Source of the DNA: a virus
Lineage: Duplodnaviria > Caudoviricetes
DNA: 64,000 bases
IMG/VR virus record: IMGVR_UViG_3300020432_000004
Reading direction: 5' to 3' (one strand)
Position 1 is the first letter of the stretch; each line of letters opens with the position of its first letter. Position numbers and translations under genes: made by a program. Shown in pieces: positions 45,291-57,000 of this stretch. The notes beneath the pieces were generated by a model. It was not told the origin of the DNA. It saw only the letters and a program-made list of their open reading frames with translations, and did not search any database.

Positions 45291-48200
45291 ATGACAAGAA
45301 CAGTTCCTGGTTCTGGTGCCGTCATTGAACCAATATTTGATGAGATTTTTGGAGTTCGTGCGGTAGAAGTTTTAGATGGTGGTAGTGGATACACAACATC
45401 CGATCCCCCTCGTCTTACTATAACTGGTTGTGGAACTCCAGATGTAGAAGCATTGTTGTATCCAATTATTGATAATGAGTCAGGAAGAATTATACACGTT
45501 AGAGTTCTTAGTAGAGGTAGAGGATATGATCCATTAAGATTACAGATCATTCCAGAACAAGAAACTCCTAATGTTGTAACGTCATTTGATATAAAAAGAA
45601 TATTTCAATCACATCCTAATAGTCCTACTACAGCAGCATTTACAGATGATAGACTCAGAATAGTATCTGATAATCATCCTAAACCATCTCAACATTTCTT
45701 GACTGAAAGAGAACCAGGTGGTTCTGATACAATAGTTGATAGATCCTTTGATCAGACTTTTATCTATAGAGGTGGTAAAGATGTTCCTCATCCAGACGCT
45801 GCTAATAGACAATATCAAGGTGATAAAGCCATGGGTATCATGGCAAATGGTGTTTTACTTCATACACCTGAGTGGGGACAAGATGGAAATCCACCACCAG
45901 GATTTACTATTGATGCTGTAAAATATCCTTACATAAAAAATAATAATGCTTATGATGCTGTACTAGATAATCAAGTTTATTATTATAAAACAAATAAACT
46001 TATAAACGAATGGAATTTAGATAATGGTGTATTTGATTGGGGTAGAATAAGACAGTTTGTTTGGCAAGTTAAAACAGAACATGATAATGTTTTAATAGAC
46101 TTAACGAGTTTAGATCAGACTATAGGTTCAGTTGAAGTAGGTAGAGTTGTTGATTGTATTACTTCTACTGCAAAAGGTGAAGTAGCAAAAATTGTTAAAG
46201 ATAATTTAGGTAATCCTACAAAAATATATTTAAGAAATCTTACTGGTGTTCCTTTCCAAGAAAATGATGTATGTTTAGGTGCTAATGGATTCCAGTTTAG
46301 AGTATCAGGTATTCCTAGAACATTTGAGACTGGTATATTCTATATTGAGTTTGGAGAAGAAGCACATGAATTTGGTCCTTTCTCACCTGGCACATTTTAT
46401 TTTGCTCCAGAAGGAATCAAAGTTCAAAGAAATTATTTAATTATTTGGGATCAAAGTCATCCATCTAACGGTGGACAAGGTGGAATGCCACACCCAATGA
46501 GATTCAGTACAACTGCTGATGGAACTCTTAATGGTGGAACTTTATATTATAACAGCACTGGTGTTACACAAGCACCTGCTGCTGATTACGAGGATGAATA
46601 TAAAGCATTATTCTTAATGAATGCTGATGAGAATAATAAAATTTATTATCATTGTGCATTCCATCGTTATATGTCTGGATATCTTGGTGATGAAGGTTAC
46701 ATGGAACTTGCATCAGATGTAGATCCTGACCCAATGGTTAATACTTATTATTTTAAAGAGTATTATCAAAGTAATACAAGTGATCCTAATACCATTGATT
46801 ATAGTAGACATCCTGATGGACACTCTAAAATATTGGGTATGTCTTTTGATGGATATCCCATCTATGGTGCTTGGGGTTATAATTCAACTGGAGCTACTGC
46901 TAGAGAAGTCTCAGGATATAGATTAAAAACAACTGCTGAGTTACCAGGTAATCGTCCTGATGTTAATACAGTTTCTACTGTAACATATACTGTAACTGTA
47001 TCAAACGGAAAATTTCAATTTGATGGAAGTAGACCTTCATTTTTAACATTAGAAAGAGGTAAGACATATATCTTTAATCAAAATGATGCATCAAACGATA
47101 GTAGTCATATATTTGTCGGTACATCTGATGATGGATGGCATGTAGGTGCACCTCCTATTATTGGAGATACATCATATCTTTTACCAGGCACTCATGTAAC
47201 TTACTGGATTGATGGTGCTCAAACTACTTACAATACTTACATCTCTGCTTTTAATACTGCAACAACAAGAGAAACTAGATTCCATGTTCCTGTTGATGCA
47301 CCTATAGCATTATATTTGTTTGGATACTCTGTAGCAGATACAGGAATAAGATGTGTTATTGAGGGTTATGTACTTGGTGATTTAACTGAAGATTATATAC
47401 ATGATTCAAGTGTTGGAACTCTTGATGCTTATAATGGTAAGTTCGGTCCTACTCCAGAATATCCTAACGGAACCTATGCATATTATATGACAGAAGATAG
47501 TTCTTCTGTTCCTACGTATCCTTATGCTATAGGTAATAGATTTTATGGAACTCCATTATTTGAAGGTGATAATGTTCCTGCACAAGTAGATACATTCCCT
47601 GCAGGTGCTGCAGGTGATGTTGTTCTAAACGCTAGTGGACAAATAGCATACATTAGAATGACAAAGTTTGGTGATAATTATTTCGGTCCTGCACAAGCAA
47701 AAATATTAGGTGGAGAAGGAACTGGTGCATTGGCAAGTCCTATTGTACAAACAGTTACTGGTTTATCATTATTAAATTCTGGTAGAGAGTATGCTACACC
47801 TCCAACACTTATATTTGAAGGAGGTGGAGGTGGTGTTGGTGCTGAAGGTGCTGCTGAGATTGATACCTTCGGTAAAGTTACTTCTATTAATATTGTTGAT
47901 GAAGGTGAGTTCTATCAGGAACCTCCTTATGTGTTAATTACAGGTGGTGGAGGTATTGGTGCTAAAGCGGTTGCTAGAATTGATCAGGGTGTAATTGTAG
48001 GAATTGATGTTACAGATTCTGGTTCTGGATATATCAATCCACCAAATATTGTATTTACTAAACTTGTTAATTTAAAACGTAAGACAAGAGCAAGACAGTC
48101 TTATAACTCTCAAGCAATTTACTTAACTGGTCTCGTAAAAGATTTAGCTGCATCAGATACAGAAATATTTGTTGATACTACTACAGGTTTTCCTGGTTCT

Positions 48201-49463
48201 GGAGAACTGATTGTAAACACTGAAACGATTACTTATACTGGTAAAGCAACTGGTAAGTTCTTTGGTTTGACAAGAGGTGTAAACTTTAACTATGACCAGA
48301 GAATTATATTAGATGCAACTCAGAACAACCAACAGGATATATCAACATACCAGTTTAATGTTGGTGATAGAGTTATTCGTAGAATTGATAATGCAAATAA
48401 TAAAGTTGCAAAGGTATATGACTGGAATCCTCAAACTAGAGAACTATTAGTAACATTTGAAGTTGATGAATTGGCATTCATTGATGGTGGTATTCCATCA
48501 ACTTTAGATGCTATTGTACAGTTTGATGCAGGTGTTGCTGCTAGTGCAAGTAATGCTTTTGATCCTCATCAAATTACTTTTGCTGCAAATGAAGATATTA
48601 TAACTTTGACTGATCCTATAGGTAGAATTTTAGATACTAAATTTGTTGATGTTGCAGAAAATGCAGGAGCTGGTGACGGTATTCCAGATTTATTTAATAC
48701 AGGTACTGATTATGAAAACCAGATAGCACTAGATGGTGGTATTTACAATTCATTATATGGTATTGAAGAAACTCAAGGTGGAACTAATACTACTCTATTT
48801 GCAGTTGCTGATCAGGTCAAAGATGGTTCTATACCATTTAAGTATGCAACTGTAGAAACTGCAGGAACACTAACTGATGGTGTAGATCATTCTGCAAGAT
48901 TAAATGTATATGTAGATCTAAATCAAGGTAATGGACAAAATTATGTTGTCAATGATCTAGTGACAGGTGATATATCTGGTGTAAGAGGAACTGTTCTTGG
49001 ATGGGATCCTACTACTGGATTACTAGAAGTTGGTAATGTAACTCCATTCAATACTGGTAATATCAATATAGGTATTGCAGGTTACTTCTATGAGTTCTCT
49101 GCTAGAGAAACAGTGATTGATTTCATTGTTCAAAATCCAGGTACTAACTATACTGCACCTCCTTCGGTAACAGTAGAGAACATTGGTGATATACAAGCAA
49201 CAGCAAGTGTTAACATGACTGCTGCAGGTGACCAAGTTGCTTCACTAACAATCACAAATGGTGGTTATGGTATTGCACAAAATATTGATGAAAGTTTTGT
49301 AACACATCCGACAGTTACATTTACTAATAATGCTAGTGATAGCACAGGATCTGGTGCTGTTGCTCAAGCAGTTCTTGGTGGAGAACGCATTGCAGGTAAT
49401 ACTGGTGCGAGTTATAGGATCAAGAGAATTGAATATCAAGCACAACTCCAGTCTAAGGAGTAG
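45291..49463 (+). CDS. YHYH-domain virion structural protein
   Basis: GHSKILGMSFDGYPIYG, LDAYNGKFGPTPEYPNGTYAYY; GSGY..P repeats. Confidence 0.8.
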   Translation: MTRTVPGSGAVIEPIFDEIFGVRAVEVLDGGSGYTTSDPPRLTITGCGTPDVEALLYPIIDNESGRIIHVRVLSRGRGYDPLRLQIIPEQETPNVVTSFDIKRIFQSHPNSPTTAAFTDDRLRIVSDNHPKPSQHFLTEREPGGSDTIVDRSFDQTFIYRGGKDVPHPDAANRQYQGDKAMGIMANGVLLHTPEWGQDGNPPPGFTIDAVKYPYIKNNNAYDAVLDNQVYYYKTNKLINEWNLDNGVFDWGRIRQFVWQVKTEHDNVLIDLTSLDQTIGSVEVGRVVDCITSTAKGEVAKIVKDNLGNPTKIYLRNLTGVPFQENDVCLGANGFQFRVSGIPRTFETGIFYIEFGEEAHEFGPFSPGTFYFAPEGIKVQRNYLIIWDQSHPSNGGQGGMPHPMRFSTTADGTLNGGTLYYNSTGVTQAPAADYEDEYKALFLMNADENNKIYYHCAFHRYMSGYLGDEGYMELASDVDPDPMVNTYYFKEYYQSNTSDPNTIDYSRHPDGHSKILGMSFDGYPIYGAWGYNSTGATAREVSGYRLKTTAELPGNRPDVNTVSTVTYTVTVSNGKFQFDGSRPSFLTLERGKTYIFNQNDASNDSSHIFVGTSDDGWHVGAPPIIGDTSYLLPGTHVTYWIDGAQTTYNTYISAFNTATTRETRFHVPVDAPIALYLFGYSVADTGIRCVIEGYVLGDLTEDYIHDSSVGTLDAYNGKFGPTPEYPNGTYAYYMTEDSSSVPTYPYAIGNRFYGTPLFEGDNVPAQVDTFPAGAAGDVVLNASGQIAYIRMTKFGDNYFGPAQAKILGGEGTGALASPIVQTVTGLSLLNSGREYATPPTLIFEGGGGGVGAEGAAEIDTFGKVTSINIVDEGEFYQEPPYVLITGGGGIGAKAVARIDQGVIVGIDVTDSGSGYINPPNIVFTKLVNLKRKTRARQSYNSQAIYLTGLVKDLAASDTEIFVDTTTGFPGSGELIVNTETITYTGKATGKFFGLTRGVNFNYDQRIILDATQNNQQDISTYQFNVGDRVIRRIDNANNKVAKVYDWNPQTRELLVTFEVDELAFIDGGIPSTLDAIVQFDAGVAASASNAFDPHQITFAANEDIITLTDPIGRILDTKFVDVAENAGAGDGIPDLFNTGTDYENQIALDGGIYNSLYGIEETQGGTNTTLFAVADQVKDGSIPFKYATVETAGTLTDGVDHSARLNVYVDLNQGNGQNYVVNDLVTGDISGVRGTVLGWDPTTGLLEVGNVTPFNTGNINIGIAGYFYEFSARETVIDFIVQNPGTNYTAPPSVTVENIGDIQATASVNMTAAGDQVASLTITNGGYGIAQNIDESFVTHPTVTFTNNASDSTGSGAVAQAVLGGERIAGNTGASYRIKRIEYQAQLQSKE

Positions 49464-49475
49464 TCGGAATCCGCA

Positions 49476-49481
49476 TAAATA
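49476..49481 (+). promoter_or_regulatory. T4-type late promoter (TAAATA)
   Basis: ATAAATA then AGGAGG upstream of gp8. Confidence 0.7.
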
Positions 49482-49506
49482 AACAGGAGGACAATAGTCT
49501 TAGAAA

Positions 49507-51039
49507 ATGGCAGCTCTATTAACTGATCAATTTAGAATTTTTTCAGCACAAAAATTTATTAAGGCTCTTGAAGGTCCCGTTGCAACTCAAAGTGATGATG
49601 ATGCAGGGGCTACGAGGGACAGGTTATATCTTTTCATAGGTAGACCACAAAGTTGGGATAATGAAAACTCACCACCACAGGCAGTGGATTCATTTGCCGA
49701 ATTTTCTGGTGCATATGATGATATGGTTTCAATGAAGCGTGTGCTGGCTTCCGATACTGTGCAGGTTGTTCGTAGAATTGACTGGGTTTCCCCAGAACAA
49801 ACTACTGGTGGATTAGGTTTTACCTATGACATGTATCGTCACGACTATTCTCCAAGTAAAACTGCTGCCTCTGGTGCTACTAAATTATATGATTCTGATT
49901 TTTACGTTGTAAACTCTCAGTATCAAGTATATAAGTGCATCTATAATGGAACTTCACCCTCAGATCCAAATGGAAAACCTTCTACAGTGGAACCTACAGG
50001 TACTTCTACTTCAATTATCACTACTGGTGATTCTTATCGTTGGAAATACATGTATACCATCCCAGTAGCATCGGTTCTTAAGTTCTTCTCGAACGATTAT
50101 ATGCCTGTATTCACAAATGCTGCTGTAAAAACAAACGCAGTTGCAGGTGAAATTGATACTGTTGTTATCAATGCTGCAGGTTCTGGTTATAACAATGGAA
50201 CTTATGATAACGTTGCTATTAATGGTGATGGAACTGGTGGTCGTGTTTCACTAGTTGTAGATGGTGGTAAAATTATTTCTGCTACTGTTACATCTGGAGG
50301 AACAGGATATACCTTTGGTAAAATTTCTGTTGATAACGTTACTGGTATTGGAACAGGAACTGGTGCTCAAGTGGATGTCATAATTCCACCACCAGGCGGT
50401 CACGGTGCTGATTCTGTTGTAGAACTTGGTGCTTTCCGAGTTATGATTAATGCTAAACTTTCATACGATGAAGGTGCAGGTGACTTCCCAGTTGACAACG
50501 ACTATCGTCGTATTGGTTTAATAACAAACCCTTTAAAATTTGGAACCGAGGAATTAATTTCAGACTTGACTGTATCTGCTACTAAGGCAGTTATATTCTC
50601 ACCTACATTCCAAGGTAACTACGTTCCTGATGAAATTATTACACAAACAAGAGTTGTTGGAGGATCTAACGTTACTGCTCGTGCTCGTGTTATTTCATGG
50701 AATGCAACTACAAAACTATTAAAGTACTATCAGAATGCTGTAGATGGTATCTTCCCAGAAGTTACAGGAACACAGAATGAATTTGATGGTTCAAACGTGA
50801 TTAATGGTGCTACATCTGGTGCTGCAGGGCAACCCGATGTTAACTTCCCCGCCATCCCAAACTCTTCTTCTAGAACAATTAACAATACTGAGTATGACTT
50901 AGGTATGAAGTTTAACAATGGTTATGCTAAACCCGAAGTTTCCTCAAGTAGCGGTGACGTTGTTTACATAGATAATAGAAGATCCATCAGTCGTGCAAAC
51001 GACCAAGTAGAAGATATTAAAATCGTAATCGAGTTCTAA
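49507..51039 (+). CDS. gp8: baseplate wedge subunit gp8
   Basis: YLFIGRPQSW, VYKCIYN, YRWKYMY, YIDNRRSISRANDQVEDIKIVIEF. Confidence 0.9.
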   Translation: MAALLTDQFRIFSAQKFIKALEGPVATQSDDDAGATRDRLYLFIGRPQSWDNENSPPQAVDSFAEFSGAYDDMVSMKRVLASDTVQVVRRIDWVSPEQTTGGLGFTYDMYRHDYSPSKTAASGATKLYDSDFYVVNSQYQVYKCIYNGTSPSDPNGKPSTVEPTGTSTSIITTGDSYRWKYMYTIPVASVLKFFSNDYMPVFTNAAVKTNAVAGEIDTVVINAAGSGYNNGTYDNVAINGDGTGGRVSLVVDGGKIISATVTSGGTGYTFGKISVDNVTGIGTGTGAQVDVIIPPPGGHGADSVVELGAFRVMINAKLSYDEGAGDFPVDNDYRRIGLITNPLKFGTEELISDLTVSATKAVIFSPTFQGNYVPDEIITQTRVVGGSNVTARARVISWNATTKLLKYYQNAVDGIFPEVTGTQNEFDGSNVINGATSGAAGQPDVNFPAIPNSSSRTINNTEYDLGMKFNNGYAKPEVSSSSGDVVYIDNRRSISRANDQVEDIKIVIEF

Positions 51040-54000
51040 TGGCACAAAATACTAATCTAAACGTAACACCGTATTACGACGACTTTGATAAAGCAAAGAA
51101 CTTTTATCGAGTATTGTTTCGTCCTGGTTTTCCAATACAGGCAAGAGAACTAACACAGTCTCAATCAATTCTACAAAATCAAATTGAGAATATGGGAACC
51201 CATCTATTTAAAGATGGTTCTATGGTTATACCTGGTCAAGTTGGTTATGACTTGAATGTAGATGCCATAATGGTTCAAGAGTCTTTCTTAGGTGCAGACG
51301 TAGAGAGTTATAGAAATCAGATTACAGGAAAAATTATTACAGGTTTGACATCAGGTGTTAAAGCAAAAGTGCTTTATAGTATTTCATCTGCTCAGTCAGA
51401 CAAAGGATATATTACACTGTATATTAAGTACATTGAATCAGGTGGAGAAGAAAATAATCAAACTACATTTACTAATAATGAACAGTTAATTACAGATACA
51501 GAAATAACTTTTGGAACCACTCTTATTGAAGTAGGATCACCATTTGCACAATTACTACCTACAGCAGCAACACAAGTTGGATCTGTAGCATATGTGCAGG
51601 AAGGTGTTTACTTTATTAGAGGTTTCTTTGTAGACGTTCCTTATCAGTACATTCTCCTTGATCAATATGGAAGTAACCCCAAATACAGAATCGGACTTGA
51701 GATCCTTGAATCAATCATCACCCCAGAAGATGACTTATCACTCAATGATAACGCTGCAGGAACATCTAATTATGCTGCTCCTGGTTCTCACAGGTTCAGA
51801 ATAACAACTAACCTTGTCAAGAAATTACTTACAGACGAGGCAGATAAAGACTTTATTGAATTACTACGTATCAATGGTAATAAAATTGAGAAATTAGTTG
51901 ATCGTAGTGCATATGATGAACTAGAAAAATCTCTTGCAACTAGAACTTACGAAGAATCTGGTGACTATGTTGTTAGTGATTTCCAAATTAATATGAGAGA
52001 GAACCTAAATGATGGGTTCAATAATGGTGTTTATGAATCAGGTGATACAACTGCTCAAGGTAATAGTGCTGCAGAAAGCATGTATGCTATTGAGTTTGGT
52101 CCTGGTACTGCATATGTTAGAGGATATAGACTTAAAACTTTATCTCCAACTTATGTTGACTTAGCAAAACCAAGAGATACAGAAGCTGCTCAGAACACAA
52201 TTATACCATTTACATTAGGTAACTACTCTAAGATTCAAAATCTATATGGATTTGTTAATACAGCAGGTTCTACTATTGGTAATGCATATCAGACAGTAGA
52301 ATTACATGATAGATTTACAGCAACACCAGGTGATGCTGTTGGTAATTTAATTGGATATGCACGTGTAGCATCTCTAGAATTTTTACAAGATCCTGATAGT
52401 AATTTTGGTGATGCTGATGACAAATATAATATGCATTTGTTTGATGTTCAAATGTTCACTGTATTACATTTGGCAAGTGCACAAACAATTAGTACTGGTG
52501 CTGCTGATCAAAGAGGAACTTTAGTTGTTGGTAAATCATCAGGTGCAAGAGGATATCTAATTGATAACGTTGCTTCTGCTACTCACTTAAATCTTTATCA
52601 AGTTGAAGGAAACTTCCAGAAAGGTGAGATGGTAACTGTAGATGGTTTGAACTTAGATACTATCACTAACATGCACCAATATGTGTATTCAGATACTAGA
52701 CAGGTTCTTGCTAGAGATGAAAATACACAAGCTGTTGAATTTACTGCAGATATTATATTAGAAGATCTTAAGTTTGTTCAAGGTGCTACATTCACTTATG
52801 ATGCTACAAGTAGTAATGAAAAAATTACTGGTTTAAATTCAAACTTTGCTGCTGATTTAAGACCTGGCGATAGATTATATTTCTCTGAAACAAAATATGT
52901 TGATGTAGATTTTGTTGATCCTACAAACTTAGCATCATCTAATAATTCAACAATCTTTACTTACTCTACTCAAGTAGTAAACGTTACACCTGGTGCAGGT
53001 TCTGCAGGTCCTACTGGAGGAACTTATAATACAATCCTACGTTATAGAGCAAAACTTTGGGAAACAGAGAAGGCAACACTTCTTAAGCAAATGCCTAAAC
53101 CATATGTTAAGAGCATCTCTGATGAATCTATGGTTGTTAGAAGAACTTTTGATAACCAAACTGTTGCTGCAAACGCTATATCAATTACTCTACCTGAGAA
53201 TGAACAGTTCCAAGCAATTACAAACTCTGCATATTCATTCACAGTTATGGGTAGTACATCATCTGCATATCCTGTAGGTGCACAAATTCCTATTGACACT
53301 GTAAATACTGGTGCTATTGGTTATACAACATTTACATCTGCTGATAGAACTACAATTCAGATAACAAACTTAGATGTAACAGGTGATGCAGGTGCAATTA
53401 CATCTGTTAAAGTTACAGCATCTGTTTCTAAGAACGTTACTGCTAAGAAAACAAAATCACCTTATAACATGTTTGTATTGAAGGTGAATCAAACTGTTTC
53501 TAATTTAGATAAGCAAAATTATGGTCTTACATATTCTGGAGTATACGGAACTAGAATTGAAGATGTAGATCTATCATTAGGTATAACAGACGTATTTAAT
53601 ATACATGCTGTATATGAGTCACTAGATGACGCTGATCCTATTCTTCCATCTATTACTTTAGTTGAACCAACATTCTTTGAAACTAAGAGTATTGTTACAG
53701 GTAAAACATCTGGTGCGAGAGCAAGAGTTGTTGACTTTAACTCAAGTACTTTAAAACTATCCATAGTTTATTTGAGTGGACAATTCATATCTGGTGAAAC
53801 AGTTGATGGATTTAATAGTAGTAATATTGCTATTCAAGGTATTATTAATGACTCTGTAGGATCTATTGTTGCAGGATCTAAAGTTATTACAGATCGTTAT
53901 GAATTAGAAACTGGTCAAACAGGATTTATCTATGGTATATCTAAACTTGTAAGAAAGAAAGGTGTTGCAAAACCAATTAGAAAACTAAAAATTGTTTTAG

Positions 54001-57000
54001 ATTACTATTCTCACGCTGCAACTGGAGATTACTTTGCAGGTCAATCATATTTGGATACACCATATGCAGACGTTCCTTATTATCAAGAGAAATTCCTACC
54101 TGATTTCTTAGACTTTAGACCAGGTGTTAAAAACTTATTTACAGGAACTGGAACAGTTTCATCTCCTGCATATGTTAATGCTGCTACACTAGACTTTAAG
54201 CATAGAACATTCCCAACTGCAGGTAGTCCTGCTGCTACATTGTTTGACGTACCTAAAGTCAATAGTGATTTCAGATGTGACTTTGATTGGTATCTTCCTA
54301 GAGTTGATAAGTTATACTTACTACCTACTGGAGAGTTCCAAGTTGTTAAAGGTAAGTCAGAACAAAGACCTTCTCCTCCAGACGATCTACAAGATGGTAT
54401 GTTACTAGCAACGTTGCTACACGCACCATATGGTTTTGATCCTGCATCTGATGTTGTTATACAGAAATCTGATAATAGACGTTACACAATGCGTGACATT
54501 GGTAAGATAGAAAAACGTCTTGATCAAGTTGAATACTATACATCTCTTAATATGTTAGAGAGTGATACATTCAACGTTGAAATTACTGATGCATCTGGTA
54601 AGAATCGTTTAAAGAATGGATTTATTGTAGATGATTTTACAGATCATTCTAAGTCAAGTACAACTAACCCAGATTTTGCTGCTGCATTAAGTTACTCTGA
54701 TGGAACAGCACAACCTTCACACTATACTACAAATACAGCATTATTAATAAATGAGTCTTTATCTCAAGGTTATAGAAAAACAGGACCTCTGATTACATTA
54801 CCATATGAAGAAATACCATTAATTACACAATCATATGCATCTCGTGTTGAGAACGTTAACCCATTCAACGTATTTACATACATTGGACGTATTGACCTAA
54901 CACCTGCTAGTGATGACTGGGTAGATACAAATCGTCTTCCTGTTAATGTCATTGACGTTGAAGGTGATTTTGAAGCAACTAGCAGAGCGATGAATGTAGA
55001 TCAATCTGGTTTTGCTCCTATTCAATGGGGTTCATGGAATACTAACTGGAGTGGAGAATCCACAGGTGCATGGAGTAGATGGAGAGAACATACATTTGCT
55101 AACTTTGTTCGTGGTAGAGGTCGTCGTGTTATGGGATCAAGAACCATTACGACTACAACTAACCAGACTAGAAGAGGTATTAGAAGTAGAGTAGTTCCTA
55201 GGATTGATCGTCAATCTATGGGTGATAGAACTGTATCTTCAACTTCTATTCCTTGGATACGTTCTAGAAATATTGATGTAACTGTTGCTAGAATGAAACC
55301 AAGAACTACATTCTATTCATTCTTTGATGGAACTAAGATTGGTGATTATATGATGCCAAAAGTTCTTGAAGTTATTAAAGATCCTTCTACAGATAGTAGA
55401 ACAAACTCAACACCATTTGTGATTGGTGAAACAGTTAGAGGTCTAACAAGTGGTGCTAGATTTAGAGTTTCTGCACCTAACGACTTCTTTACATGGAATC
55501 CATATGATGATACTGATATGCCTTCATCATATTCTTCAACTACAAACTTTATTAATGTTGATACAGACTCTCTTGCTGCACAGGCAGTTGGACAATATTA
55601 CGGTAATATTCAAGTAGGTGAAGTACTAGTTGGAACATCAGGTGCACGAGCAGTTGTGCGTGATCGTAGATTAATGACTGATAGATTAGGACAATGGAAA
55701 GGTTCACTATTCATTCCTCCTCCTCAAATTAGTACAAATCCACGTTGGCAAACTGGTAGTAGATTATTAAGGTTAACAACACATCCAGAAGATGCTAGAA
55801 CTGGTGGAGCAGTTGCTTCTGCTGCACAAACAGAATACGCTGCAAAAGGAACTTTAAATACATTACAAGAAAACGTTCTTGCTATTAGAAACGCAGACAT
55901 TGTTCAAGATACAGTAACACAAGATAGAACAGTACAAACAACTAGAACTGAGACACGTCAGGTTGGTTGGTGGGATCCACTTGCTCAATCATTCTTGGTT
56001 GATGAAGAAGGTGGTGTATTCTTAACTTCTGTTGATGTTTACTTTAACTCTAAAGATGGCAACATTCCTATCTCAATGCAGATTAGAACAATGTCAAATG
56101 GTTATCCAACAACATCTATTCTTCCTTTCTCTGATGTTACAGTAACTCCTGATACTATCCAGACATCTGAAACTGGTGCTATAGCAACTAAGTTTACGTT
56201 CCAAGCACCTGTTTATATTCCACAGTCTATTGAGCATTGCTTTGTTCTATTCTCAGACTCTAATGAATATCAGGTTTGGATTTCTAGAATGGGTGAATTA
56301 GATATTACTGGAGACAGAACTATATCTGAGCAACCATATGCAGGTGTGTTATTCAAATCACAAAACGCATCTACTTGGACTGCTGACCAGTATGAAGATC
56401 TTAAATTTATTATTTACAAAGCGGTATTCGATACTAATACTGTAAGTCAATTAACGTTGAACAATGCTCCTCTAGACTTAGGTAATGGTGGTAAGATTGT
56501 ATTAAGAACTGATCCAGTACAAACATATCAACCAGAGTTACAACTAGTAATGAATGCTGTAAACAGTGTTTTACCTTATACAGTTGGTGCTCGTGTGTAT
56601 CAGAAAACAACTCTTGCACAAGGAACAGTTAAGGAAGTTACAGACAGTAATGCAGGTGTTCTTCTAACTATCAATGATATATCAGGAACATGGCAAGCAG
56701 GTTCATCAACTGGTGGAACAATTATTAATAGATTAGTATCTTCCAAGACTACTGCTACTATGACAGTAAGTAGTGCATCTGGTGACTTTACAGTTGGAGA
56801 AACTATTACAGGTAACAGTGCTGCTGCTCCAACTGCAGAGGTTGTTAGTTGGACAGATAATGGTGGAGGAAATGGATCGTTAACACTTAAGTATGTGTCA
56901 ACAACCTTTACTACAACTACAGAACAAATTAGTGGTGGAACATCTGGTAAAACTGCTACTGTTGCAAGTATCAGTTATGCAGGTGATAACGTATCTTCTT

